Positions 34,701 to 43,733 of a stretch of 64,000 nucleotides of DNA are shown piece by piece. The notes below the pieces were generated by a model. It did no database searches and was not told the origin of the DNA. It saw nothing but the letters and a program-made list of their open reading frames with translations. Numbering within the stretch: the stretch's first letter is position 1; each line of letters begins with the position of its first letter. The DNA comes from Raja brachyura (lineage: Eukaryota): positions 5,828,001 to 5,892,000 of the forward strand of contig OY740804.1 of NCBI GenBank assembly GCA_963514005.1, written 5' to 3'. The translations under genes and the position numbers were made by a program.

Positions 34701-37110
34701 GCTGTTGTATTTCGACTCGGGTTAAGTCGTGTTTATTGCCACATGCACAAGCACGGTGAAGTAATTACAATGAAGATCACGCTTGCAGCCTCACAGGGAC
34801 ATAGACAACATACAACATACCTGCCTCACACAGAGGGTGGTGGGTACATGGCAGGAGCTGCCAGAGGAGGTAGTTGAGGCAGGGCAGGGCTAGCCTGGAC
34901 AGGTGATCCAAGATGTGAATGCCCATGAACTTGAAGCTGCCAACTATTCCACCGCCAATGAAAATGAGAAAGTTCACTTTGCTGTGTCTCAGTCAGAGAG
35001 CATTAGTGGAAATTATAACAATAAACATTTCAGATCCAAGACCCATCATTACAACAGGGAAAGAGGGAAAATAGGGGGGAACCTAATTGAAAGATCAAAT
35101 AGTGAAAGGCCTGGAGACAGTTGATGTAGAATGGATGCTTCCACTAGTGGGAGAGTCTAGGACCAGAGGTCATAACCTCAGAATTAAAGGACATTCCTTT
35201 ATGATGGAGATGAGGAAGAACTTCTTTAGTCAGAGGGTGATGAATCTGTGGAATATTTTGCCACAGAAGGCTGTGGAGGCTGTCAATAGATATTTTTAAG
35301 GTATAGATGGATTCTTGATTGGTACAGGTGTCATGGATTATGGAGGGAAGGCAGGAGAAAGAGGGAGAGATAGATCAGCCATAATTGAATGGCGGAGCAG
35401 ATTGATGGGCCGAATAACTTAATTCTACTCCTATCACTTATGAACTTATGAAAAGATTTTGGAGCAGATAAGGTTAGGGTGATGGACACAAGTTGCTGGA
35501 GTAACTGAGCGAAACAAGCAGCATCTCTGGAGAGAAGTAATGTGTGATGTTTCAGGTCGAAACCCTTTTTCAGACTGATGTCAGGCGAGTGGCAGTACAG
35601 AGATAAAGTATAGTCGAAGACAGTAAGGCCGGCCAGAGAACTGTGAAGGGGGAGTGGATGGAGAGAGGGAAAGCAAGGGCTACTTGAAGTTAGAGAAGTC
35701 AATGTTCATACCACTGGGGTGTAAACTTCCCAAGGAAATATGAGGTGGGGGGTGGGGTAGTGTATAGGGAATATGATCCATTCTGAACATTACGTACATT
35801 AATCAGAACACAGGGCAGATTCTTGGTCCGTACGTGCAAATACACTGCAGTACTTTAGGGGTTCTCCTAAATATAAGGTCGTGGCAATAACAGGTAGATG
35901 TTTGTGTGTTGGGAGGACCTGCAGATTGTGGTTTGCACTGAAGATAAACATAAAATGCTCTAGCAATTAGCGGGTCGGGGCGACATTTTGCCAGCAGCGC
36001 AACAGAAAATCATCAAATATAGTAGTTCTCAGCTTAGCTGGATAAAAGAAACAGATTGAGTATATGTGTGTATGTGTGCCTATACACACTGAACTTTTTT
36101 TTCTCTCCCGTTATGTACTATGTTTACATATTCTGTTGTGCTGCAGCAAGTAAGATTGTCATTGTTCTATCTGGGGCATATGACAATAAAACACTCTTGA
36201 CTCTTGAAAAACAACAGTTGACGTTTCGAGGCGAGACCCTTCTTCAGACTGAGAGTCAGGGGGAAGGGAAACGATATATAGAAGGTACATAGAACAAATG
36301 AATGAAATATATAAATGAATGATGTTTAAACCTGTTCCTGATATGGCTCTATCGACAACATATTTTCCAGAATCCAAGTACAATGCATCACACGGTGAAG
36401 ACAACAATGAAATCCAGGTAAAAATGTGAAATATAAATTATCTGAGGGTTGAAAAATATATAATATTGAATTATCTGTGTTTACACAGGCCATTTAGCAA
36501 CACCAGTCCACTCCAGTTAAGAGAACCAGCACAGAAACAGGCCCTTTGGCCCACCGAGTCCACACCGACCTGTGACCTCCGCACACTAACACTATCCTAC
36601 ACACACTAGGGACAATTTGCAATTATACCAAACCAATTAACCTACAAACCTATTGTCGGCACTGTCAGGCAGCAACTCTACCGCTGTTCCTCCCTGCTAC
36701 ACTATCTTTGTGTTATAAACAGCAGCCATGGCTTGGCTCTGCACTGAACAGTTTGGGACCTATTTTGCAATACACATCTGTTGAGGACCTTTCAAATCTA
36801 TTAGGTTGTAAAATTGGTTTTTGTTATATTTTAGGAAATGGCAGTGTTGGAAGGGAACCGCATTGATGCAAATCCGCAGCAACTTGGAAACAACAGGGCA
36901 GCTGACCATTTGGATAACAATGAAGGTGGAATCACGTATGCAGTGGTGAAATGTCAAAGGAAGTCGAGATCAAGGCACCCTGAGACGCACAATGCTGTTG
37001 TCTACGCAGATGTTAATTTTCTTCGCAATAACCCAAAGGGCAATCGGAAACCCCACTCTACCGAGGCTCCAGAAAACTCTGAGACAATTTATGCCTCTGT
37101 TGTTTCTTAG
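10690..37110 (+). CDS. Gene A: CD300/pIgR-like (MDIR-like) multi-Ig receptor, L-V-V-V-C2-V-C2-stalk-TM-ITIM tail, ~806 aa
   Basis: Exons 10690-10738, 12421-12741, 14722-15036, 19095-19409, 21245-21565, 22430-22747, 23928-24248, 30060-30108, 34287-34375, 36371-36417, 36835-37110; all GT-AG and phase-compatible; total 2421 nt with no internal stop found. Confidence 0.75.
12421..12741 (+). CDS. Gene A Ig V domain 1 (CD300/pIgR type)
   Basis: ITIDCHY...KYWC-x6-C...DLHSGDTGWYSC; the extra C-C' cysteine pair is typical of CD300/pIgR/TREM; ctcag acceptor (alternative at 12427), G|gtaggt donor. Confidence 0.9.
13076..13920 (+). mobile_element. 5'-truncated decayed CR1 (copy at ~48064-48908)
   Basis: WQMKFNVDKCEVIHF...RPRLDYCVQF*, TRGHSL, tatgtatc-type tail. 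Confidence 0.9.
13993..14100 (-). pseudogene. Inverted orphan Ser/Thr-rich stalk exon
   Basis: - strand tttatctcaacag|AACC...CACG|gtataa; 108 nt, phase 1-1; EPKSIPESLTSAGFTSNTKVTTENNHEETTAPSYSH. Confidence 0.55.
14722..15036 (+). CDS. Gene A Ig V domain 2
   Basis: ccatttcag acceptor, G|gtatgt donor; same V motifs but F strand reads DTGWHRC. Confidence 0.88.
15236..16680 (-). mobile_element. 5'-truncated decayed CR1 (copy at ~50224-51668)
   Basis: FQKAFDKVPH, MQYNIDKCEVIHFG; tagaaaca tail. Confidence 0.9.
17089..17975 (+). mobile_element. Penelope-like element remnant (copy at ~52079-52967)
   Basis: IILRHFRHLQRDPT, decayed GIY-YIG-like segment, terminal CTGAAGAAGGGTCTCGACCCGAAACGTC. Confidence 0.7.
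19095..19409 (+). CDS. Gene A Ig V domain 3
   Basis: ccatttcag acceptor, G|gtacgt donor; KYWCRGRSRQC...DTGWYSC. Confidence 0.88.
19432..20330 (+). mobile_element. Penelope-like element remnant, GIY-YIG region (copy at ~54424-55320)
   Basis: TCPY...QSFRARQRVTCISSNIIYYVCCSRC. Confidence 0.75.
21245..21565 (+). CDS. Gene A Ig C2-type domain a
   Basis: ttcccacag acceptor, G|gtgagt donor; EPVSAPVL...VSVSCES.RGSLPIQYTW...YYCTAANN (FcR/FCRL-like C2 pattern). Confidence 0.88.
22430..22747 (+). CDS. Gene A Ig V domain 4
   Basis: ccccttcag acceptor, G|gtaggt donor; VSGALWAESEV...KYWCPGTSRQC...DTGWYSC. Confidence 0.88.
23039..23167. repeat. Intronic inverted repeat with ~53-bp arms (copy at 58993-59121)
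   Basis: tacaatacc...cctcattagtgcaacattatcactatcaacaa pairs with ttgttgatagtgata..gttgcactaatgagg...ggtattgta. Confidence 0.85.
23928..24248 (+). CDS. Gene A Ig C2-type domain b
   Basis: tttcccacag acceptor, G|gtaagt donor; 321 nt open; EPVSVPVL...VTVSCES...YYCTASN. Confidence 0.88.
24538..27612 (-). CDS. CR1 ORF2: APE endonuclease plus reverse transcriptase
   Basis: LNARSI, GITETWL, MGDFN, SDH; GVPQGSVLGP, KFADDTKL; C-terminal TRGHSL; first in-frame ATG at 27486. Confidence 0.97.
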   Translation of the reverse strand: MGDQHSGRQVCHCYTDGFKLNKGGGVSNGIVEDGVRGKESKAMVNDPRINGEESSQRDRRVWPSVIGIDVKGATCQHNCIRSKSVVKTSLKALCLNARSIRNKVDELKVQIAINDYAIVGITETWLQDDQGWELNIQGYSIFRRDRRKGKGGGVALLVREDINAIERKDISVEDVESIWVELRNSKGQKTLVGTVYRPPSSSIGVGDGIKQEIRNACNKGNTVIMGDFNLHVDWVNQIGRGAEEEDFLECMRDSFLNQHVEEPTREQAILDWVLSNEEGLVSSLVVRGPLGKSDHNMVEFFIRMESDKIKSETRVLNLNKGNFEGMRCELAKIDWQVILKGLTVDVQWKVFKDCMDEVQKLFIPVWQKNKSGKVVHPWITREIRDSIKTKDEAYKFARKSSLPEDWEKFRIQQRRTKGLIRKGKIDYERKLAGNIKTDCKSFYRYVKRKRLVKTNVGPLQSETGELIMGNKDMADQLNNYFGSVFTKEDINNLPEIAVERGSNKMEELSEIQVSREVVLGKLNGLKADKSPGPDSLHPRVLKEVATEIVDALVIIFQNSLDSGVVPEDWRVANVTPLFKKGGREKAGNYRPVSLTSVVGKLLESVIKDGIAAHLESGEIIGQSQHGFTKGKSCLTNLIEFFEDVTSRVDKGEPVDVLYLDFQKAFDKVPHKRLAYKLKAHGIGGSVLMWIENWLADRRQRVGVNGSFSEWQAVTSGVPQGSVLGPQLFTIYINDLDEGIQCNISKFADDTKLGGIVRCEEDAWRLQGDLDRLSEWADAWQMQYNVDKCEVIHFGGKNMRVDYYLNGGRLGKGEMQRDQGVMVHQSLKVGMQVQQAVKKANGMLAFIAKGFEYRSREVLLQLYRVLVRPHLEYCVQFWSPNLRKDILAIEGVQRRFTRLIPGMSGLSYEERLDRLGLYSMEFRRLRGDLIETYKILKGLDKLDAGRLFPMLGESRTRGHSLRIRGNSFRTEMRKTFFTQRVVSLWNSLPQKVVEASSLAIFKRALDVALVAKGIRGYGEKAGTGY
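27552..28478 (-). CDS. CR1 ORF1: CxxC zinc-finger/coiled coil plus SGNH esterase-like domain
   Basis: CDAC...CEKC followed by a heptad stretch; GDSIVRG, HVGTNDV, DGLHLN; ATG at 28478 (ORF track extends to 28547). Confidence 0.92.
   Translation of the reverse strand: MSSKLMQCDACSMWEVKDTAGASGCYKCEKCIQVQLLKDRVGELEKQVDDLRFIRETESFLDKSFSEIVTPKALEERRWVTVRKGGKHGMQRSPGVVPLVNRFTHVEAAGTEDGIPLSGGLACQTKRADEPNPQRPKSGNAIVVGDSIVRGTDRGFCGNRRDSRMVCCLPGARIQDVTDRVQTILKGEGDQPEVVVHVGTNDVGKKEMNFLQRDFRELGKMLKSRTSRVVISGLLPVPRAGESRNREIWDLNVWLRNWCRGQGFRFLDHWDFFYSKGELYKRDGLHLNRWGTSILAGRFATATRMVLN
28678..28946 (-). repeat. 149-bp tandem monomers in the CR1 5' UTR (1.8 copies)
   Basis: 28678-28797 repeated at 28827-28946 almost exactly; each unit carries TGACTCA and a CCAAT box. 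Confidence 0.9.
30060..30108 (+). CDS. Gene A short Cys-containing stalk exon
   Basis: ttccaacag acceptor, AG|gtaaac donor; GLEHSCETSKRTNYSS; homologous exon retained in gene B (61483-61531) within more diverged intron sequence. Confidence 0.75.
30366..31365 (-). mobile_element. Penelope-like remnant, rearranged
   Basis: PGTFPFNCRKCNTCPY on - strand; hammerhead-like terminal motif at 30438-30468. Confidence 0.65.
31562..31955 (+). mobile_element. CR1 3' fragment
   Basis: MRNIFSSRVVNLCN...FKAEIDR and CR1-type 3' UTR. Confidence 0.7.
32103..33070 (+). mobile_element. Decayed internal CR1 ORF2 fragment
   Basis: KSPGPDGLHP, WRIANVIPLFKKG, GVPQGSVLGP, with frameshifts. Confidence 0.9.
34287..34375 (+). 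CDS. Gene A transmembrane exon
   Basis: ctctgtctgacag acceptor, G|gtgagt donor; phase 2 to 1; RLTYIFASRVTVFLLILIIAFCWYRKRKSK (hydrophobic segment then basic stop-transfer). Confidence 0.8.
36371..36417 (+). CDS. Gene A cytoplasmic exon 1
   Basis: Phase 1 to 0; joins the TM exon to the terminal exon in frame. Confidence 0.75.
36835..37110 (+). CDS. Gene A terminal exon with ITIMs ITYAVV and VVYADV and ITSM TIYASV
   Basis: tatattttag acceptor, phase 0; ORF track 36838-37110. Confidence 0.85.
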   Translation, partial: EMAVLEGNRIDANPQQLGNNRAADHLDNNEGGITYAVVKCQRKSRSRHPETHNAVVYADVNFLRNNPKGNRKPHSTEAPENSETIYASVVS

Positions 37111-39785
37111 GAGAAATTTTTAATTTGGTGTGAGTTTTTGGCAATACTTGCTTTACAACTCTATTCAGTTTACACTGCTTTAATCTGACCTATACGTTGT
37201 CAAAGATGGACACAAAATGCTGGAGTAACTCAACAGGTCAGGCAGCATCTCTGGAGAAAATAGACAGGTGGCCTTTGAGTTTGGGACCCTTCTTCAGATG
37301 GTCTGTAGAAAGGTCCTGACCCAAAATGTTAGCCATCAATTTTCACCAGACATATTTCTTGACCATCTGAGTTACTCCAGCATTTTGGGTTTGGCTTTGG
37401 ATAAACCGGCATCTTTTTATATCTATACTTTGTCAAGCTCCTTTTGAGTGGTTTCGTTCAATTCATGAGGTGTCAGGAGTGATGGGGAGAAAGCAGGAGA
37501 ATGATATAAGGAGGGAGAGGTAGATCTGCGATGATTCAATGGTGGAGTAGCCTTGATGGACCAAATTGTCTACTCCTATCACTAATGAACTTATGAAATC
37601 CACTCCCTTCATCAATCTCTTTCGTCCGCCAGTACAATGAATTACTCCAGATCATGCATACAAATGATAAAATGGCACTGGTTCCCATTCCTGTAATACC
37701 CACCCTCATTCCGTCCACCCACAAATTCCCCAACCCTCCCATCATAATTCCTTGCAAGGTTCAGCCTAAGCACACTTCAACCCATGGTCTCTCCCAAAAT
37801 ATTGTGGGTTCAAGTCCAAAAAGGGGCAATGGAACAAGCAAGAAAATGGGTTCAAGTGGATAGTGGGCTAAGGCTGAGAAGCCCCAGATGTAGTAGAAGT
37901 ATGTTCAATTGGAAATGCTGGTCTTAGCAGCATTGCTACAGGACCTCTTCTCAACTCTAGAGGTACTCTGTTCGAAATATACCAAGTTCTCGCAGAGCAG
38001 TAGAGTGCAGGTTTCCTTGGCTCAATTGTGCAGACGTAGTGAGGCAGGGAATGTTGGCCCGAAGGGCCTGTTTCTTCGTTAAATGAATCTAGGACTTGAA
38101 TACAATCTAGCCTGGGAACAATAGGTTCTTAAATATTAAAGGATTCTTGGAAATAGAAATAGTACTGGATATTGAGATGATAAAGAATAAGGTATAATTT
38201 TAATGCATGGTGTAGTTATGAAAGACCTAGTGCGGACTGACATATTTGTTCATTAGTTTGATCACCCTACAATACATTATTTTTAAACACATTTACAGTC
38301 AATGTACAAACACATCAAAGGCCATCGTGCGATGGAAATAAATATTGGGTTCTGAGTCAAATGTGTGATCTGCATCTTGCTGTGGTCAACGAGCTTCCTG
38401 TTGATTTGAGCAGTTGAATAAACACAAAAAAAACTTCAGTGGGTCAAGCAGCAGCTCTGAAAGGAAATGGGCAGATGGCATTTCAGGTCAGGACCCTACT
38501 TCAGACTGGTGTTACTTTTCTCAGAATATGACTGCCGCAGAAACCCATAAACATACAATGTACATAGGTTCATAAGTTTTTAGTGCAGAATTAGACCTTA
38601 CGGCCATTCAAGTCCACACCACAATTCAATTGTGGCTGATCCATCTTTCCCTCCCATCCCCATTCTCCTGCCATCTCCTTATAACCCCTGACACCCACAC
38701 TGATCAGGAATCTGTCAATCTCTGCCTCAAAAATACCCATTGAATTGGCTTCCACAACCGTCTGTTAAAATAAATTCCACAGATTCACCACCATCTGATG
38801 AAAGACATTTGGCCCATATCTCTCCAAACCTATCCTGTCCAGGTTGTCTTGGGTTCCTATTAAATATTCCCCCTCACCTTAAACGTATGTCCTCTGGTTC
38901 TTAAACTATGTCCTCTGGTCCTCAAACATTCAGCAAAAACATGTAGAGTATAAGAATGTTAGCTCAGGGAGAGCACCTTGCCCTGGCAGGTCAGTGGGTT
39001 TCAGGTAGAACACAGTGGCACAGCGGTAGAGTTGCTGCCTTACAGTGCCTGAAACCCAGGTACGATGCTGACCTCGGGAGCTGTCTATATGGAGTTTGTA
39101 CATTCCACCTGTGTCCGCAAGAGTTTTCTCCGGGTGCTCCAATTTCCTCCCACACTCCAAAGACATAGTGGTTTGTATGTTAATTTGCACAATAAATTGT
39201 ATACCGGGTGAACACTGGTTGGCGCGGTCTCGGTGGGCAGAAGAGCCTATTTCCACGCTGTATCTATAAATGGCCTAATACACATATTGTCTTTTGTTTA
39301 TAACACCCAAGGAAGGATGTTCACAGTCGGCTTGCAAAACCATCATGGCGGAAATACCATAGACTTAACTCTGCAATTTGCTTGCCGGATTGCAACCATG
39401 TCTAGAGAAGGATGGGGGTTTAAGAGTTTATGTGTACATGACAGATTGCTTGCTGCACGTGGTGTGCCTGCTTTACTTACTTAGAATTGCTAACTAATAA
39501 ATGGTTTTGCAGAACTGCAAAAGGTGTTGTGACTAAAAAGGGATGAGGCCCGATACCAAGTAGTACTGCAGAGAAAAACACATCTGTTCTAAACAATCAG
39601 AACCAGTACAGAAATGTGCTGATGGTGTGATTAGCTGAACCCATGACTACTCATGTATAAATATACTGCCTGTGCACAGAATAAATGAGTAGGACCATGA
39701 GGGGCAAAGATTATGTAACCATACTCATGGATGCTCTCCAACTCCCGCATGCATAATAAAGAGGAATTGTCACATCTTAAAGTGA

Positions 39786-40095
39786 CTAATGTGGTTTGTT
39801 ATTTGATAGCACGGATTGAAATTTAACATTAGCGTAGTCGGCAAGATCTCGCTGGGACCATCGCTGATGACCGCGTAAGCAGCTGCAGTCTGGATGGGAC
39901 CTTGAGGAGAGTAAAAAGTGTACTATCGGATCCATTGAGTCTGAACTCCCGAACGAATTCCCGGGAAACCGTGGTCCCTCGTCTGAGGTTGATCTGGTTC
40001 CCTTCCGAGATCCACAAGAATCAGAGGTAAGAGAAACATCGTTATAATAGTCAAAGGGTAGGTTAATTGAACATTCAGACTCAGAAGAGTGGGGT
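39786..40095 (-). pseudogene. Second copy of orphan YxN-bearing terminal exon
   Basis: Acceptor ttaatttacacag on - strand; frame open to stop; paralog of 4918-5227. Confidence 0.4.
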
Positions 40096-43000
40096 CTGTG
40101 TAAATTAAGATAATAATTGAACATTTTGATCGTAATTCCTTGCATAGGTCAGCCTAAGCACACCACTACCCATTGTTTCTGGGCCAAAATATTGTGTGTT
40201 CAAATCCGTAAAGGGGCAAGAGATCAAGCAAGAACATTGGTTCAACTGGATAGTGGTCTAAGGCAGATAAGCCCAAGATGTAAAATGATCCTCAAGCCTG
40301 GGTAAGGGGCCTCGCTGAAACTTGGTCAAGACTGGATTTTACCTACCTCAGTGACCAGTTGCAAATAAACTGATCTTAAATGAGCCCATCCTTAGATGCG
40401 GCTCAGCCAAGGGAAAATGGGGAGGGAGCGGAGTAATTTAGCATGGAACTGCAGACATATTCATAATTGTTTTGCCTGTTAGAATGCAAGAAGTGAGTCA
40501 AGAGTGTTTTATTGTCACACAGTATGTACTTGCAGCAGCACAATAGAGCAATATACATCAATTCCTTTATCTTTTGTAGTCACTGAGAATGCAAGGTGGA
40601 GGAAGGGGAAGAAGGCAATGTAGATGTGGTTGTGTAAAAGGTAATTAAAGTTTTGTGTTTGAGGGCGTCTGCCCCAGGACATGTATAACCAAAGTTGGCC
40701 AATGTGTAATAAAAATAATTTGTTCTGAAAATAAGCCCCCGAGTCCAAGTGAAATGTTCCCATCTACAACGTCCCTCCCTGGTACATGAGTACATTACCT
40801 ACGAGCACCTCCGTGCCAACTGTAGAGTACATCACTGCCTGAACTGCAAATTTCTGTGTGAGATCCCAAACCAAGGAGATTCTACTGTCATGACCACAGA
40901 ACCCCCCCACCAAAAGGCAATTTCTGTAGGAGAAGTAAGTTTGATTGGAAATGCTGTACTTAGCAACATTGCTACATTACCTCTTTTCACCTCTAGAGGT
41001 ACTCTGTTCGAAATATACAAAGTTCCCACAGAGCAGGAGAGTGCAGGTGAAGGGATGAGGCCTATTTCTGCTCAATGATCCAGATGCAGTGAGGAGGGGT
41101 AAGTTGGGCCAAATGGTCTGTTTCTGCATTGTATGAGTCAATGACTCCAATGCAATCTAGCCTGGGAACAATTGTTTCTTGGATATTAAGGGATCTATGG
41201 AAATAGAACTAGCACTGGATATTGACACGATAAAGGATAAGCTATGATTGTAATGCATGGTGTAGTTATGAAGGACCGAATGGGGCCTGACATATTTGTT
41301 CATTAATTTGTTCACCCAACAATACACATTTATTTGTTTTGAACACATTTCCAGTCAAAGTACAAACACATCAAAGGCCAACGTACGATGGAAAAAAATA
41401 TTGTGTTCAGTCAAATGTGTGAGCTGCATCTTGCTGTGGTCAACGTGCTTCCTGTTAATATGAGCAGTTGAGCAAAACACAAAAAAACACTTCAATGGGT
41501 CAAACAGCATCTCTGAAAGGAAATAGACAGATGACATTTCAATTCAGGACCCTACTTCAGACTGGTGTTACTTTTCTCAGAAAATGACTGCAGCAGAAAC
41601 CCACAAACATACAATGTTCATAGGTTCATAAGTTATAAGTGCAGAATGAGGCCTTTCGGCCCATCAAGTCTACTCCGCCATTCAATCATGGCTGATCTAT
41701 AATCCCCTCTCAACTCCATTCACCTGCCTTTTCCTCATAACCCCTGTCACCCACACTAATCAGGAATCTGTCAATCTCTGCCTAAAAAATATCCATCGAA
41801 TTGGCTTCCACATTCGTCTGTTGAAATAAATTCCACAAATTCACCACCCTCTGACTAAAGAAATTTGGCCCATATCTCTCTCAACCTATCCTGTCCAGCT
41901 TCCCTCGGGTTCCTATTAAATCTTTCCCCCACCTTAAACCTATGTCCTCCGGTTATCAATCTATGTCCCCTGGTTCTCAAGTATCCAGCAAGAACATCAG
42001 GTGGAACACAGTGGCACAGCGGTAGAAGCGCCGCCTTACAGCTCCTGAGACCCAGGTTAGAAGCTGACCTCGGGTGCTGTCTGTATGGAGTTTGTACATT
42101 CTCCCTGGGGCTACATGGGTTTTCTCTGGGTGCTCCGGTTTCCTCCCACACTCCAAAGACATACAGGTTTGTAGGTTCATTTGCAAGTAAATTGTATACC
42201 GGGTGATCACTGGTAGGCACGGATTCGGTGGGCCGAAGATCCTGTTTCCACGAAGTAACTATAATGTTTTCTTGCCAAATGCACAATCCAGTACTGGATG
42301 GATATTGTTTTGTCCAGAGCACTGCTGCCTTGTGCAGATCTGTGGTTGTGCAATACAACGCAACGCAAAAAGGATCTGACTTTGGAGCCCTTCCCACCAC
42401 CACCCAACGTAGGATGTTCACAGTCGGCTTACAAAACCATCGGCCATAGTCTTAACTCTGCAGTTTGCTTGCCGGTTTGCAAGCATGCAGCTCCCATGTT
42501 GCTAACCAGGGTCCAATCCTTGTTCTTGCCTGCAAGGTAAATTGAAAGATATGTCAGACAATCACACATTAGCACAGCGGGTAGAGCCGCTGCCTCACAG
42601 CATTCCCAGTCCCAGGTTCGATCCTGACCTCGAGTGCTGTCTGTATATCATTTAAAACCAAATAATGTAGAATTTAATGATCACGGCAGGATTAAAAACG
42701 TATTAATTTGTGTGAATCTCTGGACGAACTCACAAAAGGATTACTAATCTCACAAAATTAAAGTGAATCTGCTTGGCAGTCACTCCATATTATCCGTACA
42801 TTTGTCAAAATATAACTCTTTAACACCCCCTCCCATTCCCACACCGACATTTCAATCCAGGGCATCCTCCATTGTCATAGTGAGTCCCAGCGCAAATTGG
42901 AGGAACAGCACCTCATATTTCGCTTGGGCAGCTGACACCCCAGCGGTACGAACATTGACTTCACCAACTTCAAGTAACCCTTGCTTTCCCTCTCAATCAC

Positions 43001-43355
43001 TTTGATTAAGCATGATACAGCTTGGATGCAGACCATTTTGCACACCGAGTCCACGTAAACCAGCAATCAACCATATCACACTAATTCTATATCACCCCAC
43101 TTTCGCGTCTTTTCAGTACGGTAATATTGATAAACATTTTAATGCTGCAACGAGTTATTAATTTTGTCTACCGTACAAATTAGTTAAAGGACAAAAATAA
43201 AGGCCACGGTTATGCAACGGTAGAGTTGCTGCCTTTACAGCGCTTGCAGCGCCGGAGACCCGGGTTCGATGTGTACGTTGAACGTTCTCCCCGTGATCAC
43301 ATCGGCTTTCTTCGAGATTTTCCGCCCCCTCCCACACTCCAAGGAGGAACAGTTA

Positions 43356-43733
43356 AGGGCCTGTCACACTAGCGCGCGATTAGACGCGACAAGCGCGACC
43401 TACCGTGGTCGCTTTAGTCGTCCGGCCTCGCGTGACCCTGTCCCACTGCGATCGCCGGAGTCTCGTGGAGTTGCGCGGACTCGTGTGTAGCTGGTGTCGA
43501 CATCGCGCGTAGTGTCCAAAAACCGACACTGCTTAAAAATTACGCGCGGCAAAATCCTGTCGCGCGGAACGTGATGACGTTTTGACGTTGTGCGTCTTCA
43601 GCGTGGCGTTGCGTGATGACGTCACTGCCCGACGTCGTGCAACGCGCATGCTCATGCGCATCGTCACGTGATGAAAATAACGTCCTTCCTTCGGACGTCG
43701 CGCGTGTAATCGCGCGCTAGTGTGACAGGCCCT
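43356..43733. mobile_element. PIF/Harbinger-type MITE, copy 2 only
   Basis: 27-bp perfect TIR AGGGCCTGTCACACTAGCGCGCGATTA; TTA target-site duplication (43353-43355, 43734-43736); empty site at ~8346. Confidence 0.9.
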
